Source: an uncultured Nitrososphaerota archaeon (GTDB taxonomy: Archaea > Asgardarchaeota > Njordarchaeia > Njordarchaeales > Panguiarchaeaceae). From it: a stretch of DNA of 64,000 nucleotides. Shown piece after piece: positions 38,580-47,217 of this stretch. Under the pieces are notes generated by a model. The model ran no database searches and was not told the DNA's origin. It saw only the letters and a program-made list of their open reading frames with translations. The position numbers were made by a program, and so were the translations under genes. The stretch's first letter is position 1. Each line of letters opens with the position of its first letter. The stretch is taken from contig CAZWPQ010000001.1 in NCBI GenBank assembly GCA_964636085.1, positions 69,744 through 133,743 on the forward strand, written 5' to 3'.

Positions 38580-38658
38580 TTCCCAGTACCAATATATTCT
38601 GGCTTAAAAATTTCTATAAAATCAAACATTGAAAAAGACCCTTATACATCCCCCTTAT

Positions 38659-39375
38659 TTATTTGATCAGTATTCTCTCTATCCTCTGAACTAGGTCTGG
38701 TGGAGGACTACGATCCAATAGCCAATATATCGAGGACACTAAAAATAGCGCATTATCCGATTCCCCTATTAGATCCTCCGTTGCTATCTCCCATGTGGAT
38801 ATAGCCATGACCCTACCATTACCAAATTTTGCCACACAAGACAAAATAGCATCTGGGGGCTGTTGATTTTTTTCACTCCTGACAAGTATGTCAATGGGAT
38901 AGGCCTTCTTTTGTGCTAGTATGAATCTAACAGCATTTCTAAATACCAATTCACTTATGCCTATCGTGATTCTATGATTCCTGTTTATGTTCTTCGTAGC
39001 AAACTCTAGCTTTCCATTCTCACGTATAATTGTGGGGTCTGGATATATTCCAATATCTTTGAGAAGACTATATGTGGAGTCAAAAAATGGTACACTATCA
39101 CTATCGACCATTACGAGAAGCCTGTGGCCAGCATGAACGTGTTTTGTTATTATGTTTATTTCATCAGAAGAATACCTATCATATTTCTTTCCTGCAATTA
39201 TAAGAAGCCTACCTTTAGACAACTCATCAGAGGATATCCTTGATATGTAATGTACCTTAAACTCCAGCCACTCCAAGAACCCACCAAAAAACTCAATCCT
39301 ACCAGCGATCTCTGGCGAAGTATCCATGAGTATAGCTTCCAAATTATCCACCAAGATACCTATATTCAAAAACAT
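38659..39375 (-). CDS. hypothetical protein (238 aa)
   Basis: Long ORF downstream of the glycoprotein gene on the same strand. No confident motif. Confidence 0.4.
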   Translation of the reverse strand: MFLNIGILVDNLEAILMDTSPEIAGRIEFFGGFLEWLEFKVHYISRISSDELSKGRLLIIAGKKYDRYSSDEINIITKHVHAGHRLLVMVDSDSVPFFDSTYSLLKDIGIYPDPTIIRENGKLEFATKNINRNHRITIGISELVFRNAVRFILAQKKAYPIDILVRSEKNQQPPDAILSCVAKFGNGRVMAISTWEIATEDLIGESDNALFLVSSIYWLLDRSPPPDLVQRIERILIK

Positions 39376-39442
39376 TTTAACTAAAGATACAATTCTTATG
39401 TAATGAATAATATTGTAGTTAAAATATTGTTTGGTTACTTAG

Positions 39443-39934
39443 GTGACATCTATAATGGTCTTCCCTGGAGTAGAACAAAGATGGTGGAGAGTAGTCTTTG
39501 ATTTCGGCGAAATCGGTAATTTTGTAGGAGTATTGGGTCTTATGTATGAGTCACTTACACCAACTATAGAACGATCCTCCATTGTAAGGAAAATCTTGGC
39601 ATCTCTCCCAATATGTACAGAGAGTGTAGTTTTCGATGAGATAGAGTTGCTGATAAAACTACCTCTCCGTTTTAAACAAAAAATTTTTAAGCGCGATCAC
39701 ACAATAAAGCGAGGAGAAATAATATACAGGCCCCACATACCATCAATATCAATCTTCACAGATACGTCTGAGATCTATGAGCCCGTAGAAAAGATTGGCC
39801 TTATAAGAAAGGACGATATACCCAAATTCATGGAGATTGTAAACAAAATTAACAATAAGGCTAGCATCTATGTTGAGATAAGAAAATATGAGCCCAAAGT
39901 TGAGGCCGAAGAGACAGAAGAAGAGGCAATATGA
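39443..39934 (+). CDS. hypothetical protein (163 aa) upstream of gar1
   Basis: Long ORF overlapping the gar1 start by 4 nt. No motif. Confidence 0.4.
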   Translation: MTSIMVFPGVEQRWWRVVFDFGEIGNFVGVLGLMYESLTPTIERSSIVRKILASLPICTESVVFDEIELLIKLPLRFKQKIFKRDHTIKRGEIIYRPHIPSISIFTDTSEIYEPVEKIGLIRKDDIPKFMEIVNKINNKASIYVEIRKYEPKVEAEETEEEAI

Positions 39935-40242
39935 TAGGCCAGTTAAAACGCATTGGAATGTTCTTACACAGATCAAACTTAGCAAGCAATATACTCATCA
40001 TTAAGCTCGATACAAGAGTACCTATAGGTACTGTGGTCTTTGATGAAAAAATGCGGGAAATAGGAAAAATCATAGAGATTTTTGGACCAACAATTTCTCC
40101 ATACGCGCGTGTATTGGTCAAAGACCCATCTATCACGTTTATTGATGACATTAAAGGCCACAGTTGCTTCACCATCGTTGGGGAGGGGGAGAGAGTAAAA
40201 TGGAGAAAAATGCCCCGTCCGAGAAAAGGAAAAGTAGAGTGA
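39931..40242 (+). CDS. gar1: H/ACA ribonucleoprotein complex subunit Gar1
   Basis: …ILIIKLDTRVPIGTVVFDEKMREIGKIIEIFGPTISPYARVLVKD… is a Gar1 barrel signature (…GxVxDxFGPxxxPYxxVK). Confidence 0.6.
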   Translation: MIGQLKRIGMFLHRSNLASNILIIKLDTRVPIGTVVFDEKMREIGKIIEIFGPTISPYARVLVKDPSITFIDDIKGHSCFTIVGEGERVKWRKMPRPRKGKVE

Positions 40243-40772
40243 TGTGTCCAGAGCTAGTTATTACCTCCTCTCTTAAGGTACCTCCCTCAACTAGAAGATT
40301 TATGAGGACCCTCTCGGCTGTTACTGGGGCTCCTATAATCCACAGAGGGAAGTCTAATCTTGACGAAATTGCTTACTATGTAAAGAGAGCAAAATTTAAG
40401 TCATTTGTTGTGGTTTTCTCCAAGAAGTCTGGACCATCCATATTGACTTTTTATAGACTTACAACCCTTGGATATTTCGCTAAATATGGTTCTTTATTTC
40501 TCAGCACTGTTAATCTCGTACGCCGACATAGGTCATATATTGGATTCGAAGCTATACTCAAGGGAAAAAATGCATTATCTACCCAAATCTGGAATTTTTT
40601 TATAGATCTTTTTGGAGATGATTTGTGTCATAAATATGTCGGCCCGATCTCTCGTGCAATTATAAAAGATCTGAACGAGCAATCGGTGATAGAGTTTTGG
40701 GGAAAACAGGACATAATACTGAGCATGTCCATAAGAAAAATATCTCGCCAGAAGTATTCCATGGAAAAATAG
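40164..40772 (+). CDS. Brix-domain (Imp4/Rpf-like) ribosome-biogenesis protein
   Basis: …ELVITSSLKVPPSTRRFMRTLSAVTGAPIIHRGKSNLDEIA… matches the Brix N-terminal pattern (ITTSRxPS…RGK). The real start is probably the Met at about 40240 (MCPEL…). Confidence 0.55.
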   Translation: MLHHRWGGGESKMEKNAPSEKRKSRVMCPELVITSSLKVPPSTRRFMRTLSAVTGAPIIHRGKSNLDEIAYYVKRAKFKSFVVVFSKKSGPSILTFYRLTTLGYFAKYGSLFLSTVNLVRRHRSYIGFEAILKGKNALSTQIWNFFIDLFGDDLCHKYVGPISRAIIKDLNEQSVIEFWGKQDIILSMSIRKISRQKYSMEK

Positions 40773-41074
40773 AAATAAGGTTCCCGAATAAAACCATAGC
40801 GACTATTGTGTACAGAGCACTTGTTCCTGAAACCAAGAACCCTCCAACCTATAGATCAAAAATCATTCTTTATGTTGATAATTGTTCCTTAAAAATAGAT
40901 ATTTTATCAAAAGATTTGATATCCCTTCGTGCATCCTTAAATAGTTACCTAATGTGGATCTCAGCAATAATAGGTGGCTTGGAGGCTATAAAAAATGAGC
41001 TCCGAGGATTTAAAGAAAGCTCAAAACCTACAGCAGCAGATATTGGTTCTCGAGGAGCATCTAAGACTTTATAA
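40697..41074 (+). CDS. pcc1: KEOPS complex subunit Pcc1
   Basis: …KIEIRFPNKTIATIVYRALVPE…DILSKDLISLRASLNSYLMWISAII… is the Pcc1 signature (…LRASLNS(Y/W)L). The track start is non-ATG and overlaps the Brix gene, so the true start lies further downstream. Confidence 0.5.
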   Translation: MGKTGHNTEHVHKKNISPEVFHGKIEIRFPNKTIATIVYRALVPETKNPPTYRSKIILYVDNCSLKIDILSKDLISLRASLNSYLMWISAIIGGLEAIKNELRGFKESSKPTAADIGSRGASKTL

Positions 41075-41336
41075 GCAAAGATTAATTGAAGTCGAGACGG
41101 CGCTCCGGGCCATTAAACAGGCAAAAGAGAGAGGAGAACAATACGCCTACCAGTTTTTAGGAGCAAATGTAATGATCAAACGTAATATCGATGAGATAGT
41201 ATCTGAGTTAGATGAAGAACACAAACTTCTTAAGGAAAGAGTTAAGGCCCTTGAATCACAGGCCAGGGAACTTAGACGCCAATTTATCGAGTTAACCAAG
41301 AAATTCGAGACTCCCAGTCAAGCGCAGGGAGCATGA
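40995..41336 (+). CDS. pfdB: prefoldin beta subunit
   Basis: ~110-aa coiled-coil / beta-hairpin / coiled-coil layout (…YQFLGANVMIKRNIDEIVSELDEE…). Confidence 0.6.
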   Translation: MSSEDLKKAQNLQQQILVLEEHLRLYKQRLIEVETALRAIKQAKERGEQYAYQFLGANVMIKRNIDEIVSELDEEHKLLKERVKALESQARELRRQFIELTKKFETPSQAQGA

Positions 41337-41348
41337 GTAGAATTACAT

Positions 41349-41696
41349 ATGACTGTTTACAGGTTTAGAAAAAAAATTCTACTTGAGAAAGGTATTGACA
41401 AAATTCCATCCGATATACTCGCGGATATAGTTGATCGGGCCGAAGAGAACGCATATAAAAAACTTATAGAGGAGGTATCTAGACATTATATTGGCTTTAT
41501 AGTTGATTCATCCCTAGTATCGATAAAAAAAGAGGGCAAAATCATTGGAATTGTCGTGGATTTATATTTAGATTTAGATATTTCCCCTCTATCCGAAAAA
41601 GTTGCTTACCAAGATAAGATAGCTGAGGAAATAGCCAATGCGTACTTTGAGGCAATACGAGAAGGAATTGACAAGTTTTTTAAACAGGCTTCTTGA
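41349..41696 (+). CDS. hypothetical protein (115 aa) downstream of pfdB
   Basis: ATG start. Co-directional with the Pcc1-pfdB cluster. Confidence 0.4.
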   Translation: MTVYRFRKKILLEKGIDKIPSDILADIVDRAEENAYKKLIEEVSRHYIGFIVDSSLVSIKKEGKIIGIVVDLYLDLDISPLSEKVAYQDKIAEEIANAYFEAIREGIDKFFKQAS

Positions 41697-42684
41697 TATC
41701 GATATAGAAGCGTATGTACTAGTACCTCACGAACATGCCGATATTGATGCTATAGCATCTCTTAGACTTTTTAGCGAGGTTCTTGGTAAGATCAGAAGTT
41801 CCGCTAATATACACACGCTTCTGCCTGGGGTTTCCTCCTCCGCGAGAAAACTCCTGAACGGCCTAGGTATCGAGATCCCAGAATTCCATACCGTTAAACC
41901 TGATGTGAACTATGTTTCTGTACTACTAGATATCTCAGACCCGTATAGGTTCATCTCTCCCAATATCAGAGATATAGTCATGAGCTCACATAGCATTTTT
42001 GCGATAGATCATCATAAAACTGGGGCTCCAAGAGGGGTATATGTGCTATATCTGCCATTTTCCTCAACTACCGAGATAATATTGTATATTGCAGATCACC
42101 TCGGTGTTCTAGATGACATAATATCAAATGAAAAAATGTCGACACTAGCAGCCGCGGGAATTATAAGTGACACCGCCTTCTTCTCTACGACCAGCATAGC
42201 CACATTTTATTACATGGATAAGCTCTATACCCACATCAATTACGAACAAATAGCAGAGCTCTTTAGAAGGCAGCGAACAAGAGAACTCTCCGAAAGAATG
42301 GCCATAATAAAGGCATTGCAGAGAACTATGGTACGGAAAGTTGACGACAAAATCATAGTCGTCACGCATGTTGGCAGTTATGAATCAATAGTGGCAAATA
42401 CTATACTGCAACTCGGAGCCGATATTGTTTTTGTTATATCAAAAAAGAAGGAGCGAGGAAAACACTTCTATAGAGTAATAGCCAGATCTAGAAGAGGTAA
42501 GCTGACCGATATATTGTCCAGAATATGTAATAGACTTGGGGGAACATATGGGGCCATTGCAGATAAAGTTGGTGGCATGCAATTGAGTGCAAAAATAAAG
42601 CTAGACAAACTTAAGAAAATCATCATGGAAGAGATTCTTAGCTATACGTATCCTAGAAACCACACATTAACCATCCAAGACTAG
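41638..42684 (+). CDS. DHH-family phosphoesterase (NrnA/RecJ-like)
   Basis: …VLVPHEHADIDAIASL… (motif I/II) and …FAIDHHKTG… (the DHH motif). A glycine-rich …GGTYG…GGMQ… segment lies in the DHHA1-like region. Confidence 0.55.
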   Translation: MRTLRQYEKELTSFLNRLLDIDIEAYVLVPHEHADIDAIASLRLFSEVLGKIRSSANIHTLLPGVSSSARKLLNGLGIEIPEFHTVKPDVNYVSVLLDISDPYRFISPNIRDIVMSSHSIFAIDHHKTGAPRGVYVLYLPFSSTTEIILYIADHLGVLDDIISNEKMSTLAAAGIISDTAFFSTTSIATFYYMDKLYTHINYEQIAELFRRQRTRELSERMAIIKALQRTMVRKVDDKIIVVTHVGSYESIVANTILQLGADIVFVISKKKERGKHFYRVIARSRRGKLTDILSRICNRLGGTYGAIADKVGGMQLSAKIKLDKLKKIIMEEILSYTYPRNHTLTIQD

Positions 42685-43770
42685 TGGAAATAGATCTGCT
42701 ATTTTTCTTTTTATCTTTTCTTGGGTCTCTTTATCGACAACCACGATGTCTCCTGCAAACAAATCTCCGTACTCCTTATTTATATTTTCTACTATTCTAT
42801 CGAGGATTTCTCTAAGTAAGAATGATGATCTCTCCACAAATAAATAACCGACGACCTTTCCTACTTTAGAAACCATTATGATATAATCCCCAATCGAGAT
42901 CGAATTTAGAGGAATTTCTTTGCCAGTTATTTCTTTTATTATTGATGATACACCAGTCAATGCTGAGCTTACGAATGCTGGATCTATCTCCCTGTCACGC
43001 TCCATTACGAAATTAACATCCACAAGTGGGATGCCCAATTCCGTTGCAATAATCAGCTTTTTGGGTCTCGAAATATTTACAAGCAATAAATGCGGATATT
43101 TAACTAGCATTATCCCCGACAAAAATATACTTGTACTTAGACCCAAGAGCCAGCTATCTTGCAACATATACTCAAGAGGGGGACCTATTATTTGGGCCCC
43201 AAGTGAAACAATGCCCATTATTATTAGAAATATAAAACCAGCCACGTACATAGCTAAAAACTTTCTTAGTTCTTTAACCCTAAGACCCCACATTGATCTT
43301 ATGAAGTGTCGGATGATTAAATATGCAAATAATAATAGACCCAGAATCTCTACAAATATGTTTATCATCATCTCAAACCTATGCTGTTCAAATAGCTCTC
43401 CTATAGCCGCCATGGAAATTATTGCTACTACAGCTATCGAAGAAACGGTAAAACCCTCATAGTCCATGAAATGTATTGATAACGACCAAGCTAAAAGTGA
43501 GGCCAGGAGAAACTCTGTGAATAGCATATCGTTGAGATTTATACTGTGCCCTAAAACGTCAATAAGCATAATCACCTCAAGCCGATCCATGATATTAAGG
43601 ATCACAGACACCAATAATAAAATAAGACTAACAAGGAATAGCGATACTGACTTGTACTTGTATCTTATAAATGTCCAATATGCGAGAAAAATAACCACAA
43701 TCAATTCCACGATGACTACTAGATTTACCCACACAGCAACACTTACCAACATAAAACACCAAATCATCAA
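42667..43770 (-). CDS. polytopic membrane protein with C-terminal cytoplasmic roadblock/LC7-like domain
   Basis: About six TM helices, then …VDVNFVMERDREIDPAFVSSALTGVSSIIKEITGKEIPLNSISIGDYIIMVSKVGKVVGYLFVERSSFLLREILDRIVENINKEYG…, which has the shape of a roadblock domain. Confidence 0.4.
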   Translation of the reverse strand: MMIWCFMLVSVAVWVNLVVIVELIVVIFLAYWTFIRYKYKSVSLFLVSLILLLVSVILNIMDRLEVIMLIDVLGHSINLNDMLFTEFLLASLLAWSLSIHFMDYEGFTVSSIAVVAIISMAAIGELFEQHRFEMMINIFVEILGLLLFAYLIIRHFIRSMWGLRVKELRKFLAMYVAGFIFLIIMGIVSLGAQIIGPPLEYMLQDSWLLGLSTSIFLSGIMLVKYPHLLLVNISRPKKLIIATELGIPLVDVNFVMERDREIDPAFVSSALTGVSSIIKEITGKEIPLNSISIGDYIIMVSKVGKVVGYLFVERSSFLLREILDRIVENINKEYGDLFAGDIVVVDKETQEKIKRKIADLFPLVLDG

Positions 43771-43912
43771 TTCTCTATTTCTCGGGACAAAATAGCAGAT
43801 GACAAATCACATCCGCTACCCTACCAATCACAGATTATAAAGAATTTTAAAATTAGCCACAAGACTAGGGCCTATACCAACCTAGAATGCAAATTTTTAC
43901 TTGTGTTTTGGT

Positions 43913-44027
43913 GGGCCGGGGCGGACTCGAACCGCCGACCTTACGGTATCTAACCTTTAACCACACACAAGCCACGCATACCTTCAGCCGTACGCTCTCC
44001 CTCTGAGCTACCGGCCCGGCTTGAAGT
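43913..44027 (-). tRNA. tRNA-Phe(GAA) with 34-nt canonical (37/38) intron
   Basis: The reverse complement is GGGCCGG-TA-GCTCAGAGGGAGAGC-G-TACGG-CTGAAG-[GTATGCGTGGCTTGTGTGTGGTTAAAGGTTAGAT]-A-CCGTA-AGGTC-GGCGGTTCGAGTCCGCC-CCGGCCC-A. Confidence 0.75.
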
Positions 44028-44151
44028 TGAACACCATATTGATAATAATCACATGTACACTTTTATAAATTTTTCTTTTTAAGGGCCCCCTAATTTTTGA
44101 GGTATAGAGCTAATTTGTTCGATCTTTCCATATCTTTGCACCATTCCCTTT

Positions 44152-45315
44152 TTATGATTGATGACAAATGTTTGTTATCGTTTCTGCTAGCTTATCTATG
44201 CCTATCGTTGCTTTTGCTGAGCATAGTATTATTTTTGGTTCTTCTTTAAAGTACTCACCTATTATCTTGCGGATCTTACTTATTTTAGGTTCTTGTGGCT
44301 CCTTTAGCGCATCTATCTTATTTGCAGCTATTATCTTTACTCTTTCTATTGCGACATTTCTCTTTAGGATTTTTGCGGTTGCCCTTATCTTCAACTCTAA
44401 TAGACGTGGGTTATCCGCTATGTCTATCACCCATACCAACATATCTGCCTCCATAATATCCTCTAGGTTTAGTCTGAATGATGATATTATTTTCGGATCA
44501 AGTCCCGATACGAATCCTATTGTATCTACCATTAATATTTTTTCTGCGCCCTTTAACCTCGAGTATTTTGGGGATAGCGTCGTAAATGGTAGTGACGATA
44601 CGGGCTTTTGCTCCCCTGTTAATGCATTGAACAGACTGGTTTTCCCAGCATTATAATATCCAACAAACGTCACTATCTTAAACCCTAAACTCTTCCTTTT
44701 GTTTATCTCCATTATCTTTTTGTTTAATAGTTTCTCTATTTCCTCTCGAAGTTTTTTTCTTCTTTTCCTTAGCCATGCGACCTTTGGTACCCAGCCATAT
44801 TCTCCTCCTGCTCTAAAGAAGGGCTTATCGGAAGGACCATGTATTAATTTTTCCCTCAATTTAAAATATGGAATTAGCTTCTCGAGATACGCCATCTCTA
44901 TCTGCAATTTTGCTAGCCTATCACCCGCATTCCTCTGAAAAATTTCTAGGACCAATTCATACCTATCAATTACTCTAAGCCCCGTGTATCGTTCAAGGTT
45001 GAACTTCTGGATACTCTTAAGGGTATTCCAAATTATTAGTGTATCCGCCGCATTTTCCTCCGCCCGTATCTTAATCTCACTAACTTTTCCCTTTCCAAAT
45101 AGGGTTGCGGATATGGGCCTAGGTTTTATCTGAATAACCTCATCTACAATCCTATACCCAGCAGCACTTGCCAACTCTTTTAGCTCTTCTAATCTTACCT
45201 TCCACCCCACAAACTTTGGGGTTCTCAACATACCTATTATGGCATTATTATGCACCATTACCACCACAAAAGTAACCAAAACATTATTATAGTCCATCAC
45301 CATAGATAGAAACAC
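44152..45315 (-). CDS. hflX: GTPase HflX
   Basis: HflX N-terminal domain plus G domain with GYYNAGKTSLFNALTG (G1), DTIGF (G3) and NKID (G4). Confidence 0.7.
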   Translation of the reverse strand: MFLSMVMDYNNVLVTFVVVMVHNNAIIGMLRTPKFVGWKVRLEELKELASAAGYRIVDEVIQIKPRPISATLFGKGKVSEIKIRAEENAADTLIIWNTLKSIQKFNLERYTGLRVIDRYELVLEIFQRNAGDRLAKLQIEMAYLEKLIPYFKLREKLIHGPSDKPFFRAGGEYGWVPKVAWLRKRRKKLREEIEKLLNKKIMEINKRKSLGFKIVTFVGYYNAGKTSLFNALTGEQKPVSSLPFTTLSPKYSRLKGAEKILMVDTIGFVSGLDPKIISSFRLNLEDIMEADMLVWVIDIADNPRLLELKIRATAKILKRNVAIERVKIIAANKIDALKEPQEPKISKIRKIIGEYFKEEPKIILCSAKATIGIDKLAETITNICHQS

Positions 45316-45457
45316 CGATTAGAAAAAGCTATAAAATACCGCACAAAATGATATCCATAATCCATAAACTGCATAATGACTCAACAATAATAGAGCTTAC
45401 GCAGAATTGTCTATGGGAACCACAGAGAAAACATCCCTTTTGAAGTATAGAGAATGG

Positions 45458-45582
45458 AGGCGGGGGCGGGATTTGAACCCGCGACACGGGGATTTTTGAG
45501 CCACTATCAAGTATACACGTACTACTATAGGTGCCTGCAATCCCCCGCGTTGGCCAGACTATAGCCGCTACGCCACCCCGCC
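45458..45582 (-). tRNA. tRNA-Cys(GCA), 125 nt, with a 41-nt anticodon-loop intron and a probable second short intron in the D-loop
   Basis: The reverse complement is GGCGGGG-TG-GCGT-AGCGGCTATAGTCTGGCCA-ACGC-G-GGGGA-TTGCAG-[GCACC…TCAAAA]-A-TCCCC-GTGTC-GCGGGTTCAAATCCCGC-CCCCGCC-T. The D-loop is 19 nt. Removing 9 nt (GGCTATAGT) would restore the canonical AGCCTGGCCA. Confidence 0.65.
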
Positions 45583-45696
45583 CTGCGGTTCTATGAGGGT
45601 CCTATCTATAATTAGAAGATTTTGTCTCTTTAAAAATTTTACTTTGAGTGAAGTGTTTGATTATAGAATCGACAGATAATTCAGTAATCTTGTTTT

Positions 45697-46371
45697 TCAT
45701 AATAATAGCGATTCGCACGTACATATGATTCTACATAGAACATATGATGTTGTTAAGGGTTTGTCGCTTATGCTTATCATGTCGTCAATAATTTCTTCTA
45801 CATCATCCGAGAAATAGCCTGATGGAAAGGCCCCAACCACGAAAGCTATCCTTTTGTACTGTTTTAGTTTTACCCTTAGGTAATCCTCGAGTTTTTCCCG
45901 TCTTCCTCTTCTTGATAGACCAATAACATATTTTACGTTATTCTTTTCTAGGACTTCCCTCAGGTTAGAGCATTTTGCAATTAATTTCTTACCGCTCGCA
46001 AATATGGCCCCCTCCACTAATAGTTTCTCCATCAATCCTAGGAATCTAAAGTAGTGTCTTGGGAGCCTAGTATCTGGGTGGATGGAATAGACATTTCCTC
46101 TCTTCGTATGAACAACAATATCACTTATTATTCCTCTCGCGCACAGGCTTGAATCCAGTATTAGAAGAAGGGCCCTATGGAGTATATCGACTCTGCCCCT
46201 GTCTCTTAGTTCTTCATCATTTTTTATGGCCGAAAAAATCAACGTCTGGTCTAGCATTAATTCCCAAGGTTTCCTACCCCTTACCCTGCACCATTTTTTA
46301 ACAGATGGATGTTTCCAGAGTCTTCTAGGTATTAGTTCTAGATGCGCATCTGCCAATATAAACACTAGCAT
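45697..46371 (-). CDS. nep1: ribosomal RNA small-subunit methyltransferase Nep1 (Emg1)
   Basis: MLVFILADAHLELIP… and …VDILHRALLLILDSSL…IHPDTRLPRHYFRFLGLMEKLL match the Nep1/SPOUT signatures. Confidence 0.7.
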   Translation of the reverse strand: MLVFILADAHLELIPRRLWKHPSVKKWCRVRGRKPWELMLDQTLIFSAIKNDEELRDRGRVDILHRALLLILDSSLCARGIISDIVVHTKRGNVYSIHPDTRLPRHYFRFLGLMEKLLVEGAIFASGKKLIAKCSNLREVLEKNNVKYVIGLSRRGRREKLEDYLRVKLKQYKRIAFVVGAFPSGYFSDDVEEIIDDMISISDKPLTTSYVLCRIICTCESLLL

Positions 46372-46424
46372 TGTTTATCCCAAACAATTTTATAATTTCT
46401 ACTATTGTTTTTGGGTGAAATAGA

Positions 46425-47216
46425 ATGAGCATAATCCGCGTAGGAGCCATACAATTTAGACCTATTTTGGGGGATCTAGAAAAAAATCGAAAAAAAATCG
46501 GGCAATTATTGGAAAAGGCATATGAACAGGAGATAGATATCGTTGTTCTACCCGAACTATCAAATTCTGGATACAATTTCGCTAGTCGCGACGATGCGCT
46601 TAACACTAGTGAACCTATACCAGATGGTGAAACAACAAAGCTATGCGAAAAACTCGCCATGGAATACCACATGCATATAGTTGTAGGGATAAATGAGAAG
46701 GAGGGAAATTCACTATATAACTCTGCGGTTCTAGTTGGACCTAATGGATATATAGGCAAATACAGAAAAGTCCATCTGTTCATGAGGGAGAAAGAAATTT
46801 TCAAAAGAGGGGACAAGTTTTATGTATATGACACCCCAAAAGCCAAGATCGGCATAATGATATGTTTTGACTGGATATTTCCCGAGGCAGCTAGAAGTTT
46901 AATGCTACAAGGAGCAGAATTGATAGCACATCCAGTTAATCTCGTCTTACCCTATTGGCAGAATGTTTGCCCCCTCAGGGCCTTGGAGAATAGAATATAC
47001 ATAGTGTCGGCCAATAGGATAGGAATAGAGGGAGATTTATCATTCACAGGACAATCCATTATTGTAAATCCAAGAGGCGAAATCATTGCCAGAGCCAGCA
47101 GAACCCACGAGGAGATAATCTATGCCGACATAGACCTCAATCTAGCTAGAAACAAAAATATAACCCCAATGAACAATTTAGTGAAAGATCGCATTCCTAG
47201 TTCCTATTTCCTCTAG
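46425..47216 (+). CDS. carbon-nitrogen hydrolase (nitrilase superfamily)
   Basis: Glu-Lys-Cys triad context: …VVLPEL… (Glu), …YRKVHLF… (Lys), …IMICFDWIFPE… (Cys). Confidence 0.7.
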   Translation: MSIIRVGAIQFRPILGDLEKNRKKIGQLLEKAYEQEIDIVVLPELSNSGYNFASRDDALNTSEPIPDGETTKLCEKLAMEYHMHIVVGINEKEGNSLYNSAVLVGPNGYIGKYRKVHLFMREKEIFKRGDKFYVYDTPKAKIGIMICFDWIFPEAARSLMLQGAELIAHPVNLVLPYWQNVCPLRALENRIYIVSANRIGIEGDLSFTGQSIIVNPRGEIIARASRTHEEIIYADIDLNLARNKNITPMNNLVKDRIPSSYFL

Positions 47217-47217
47217 T

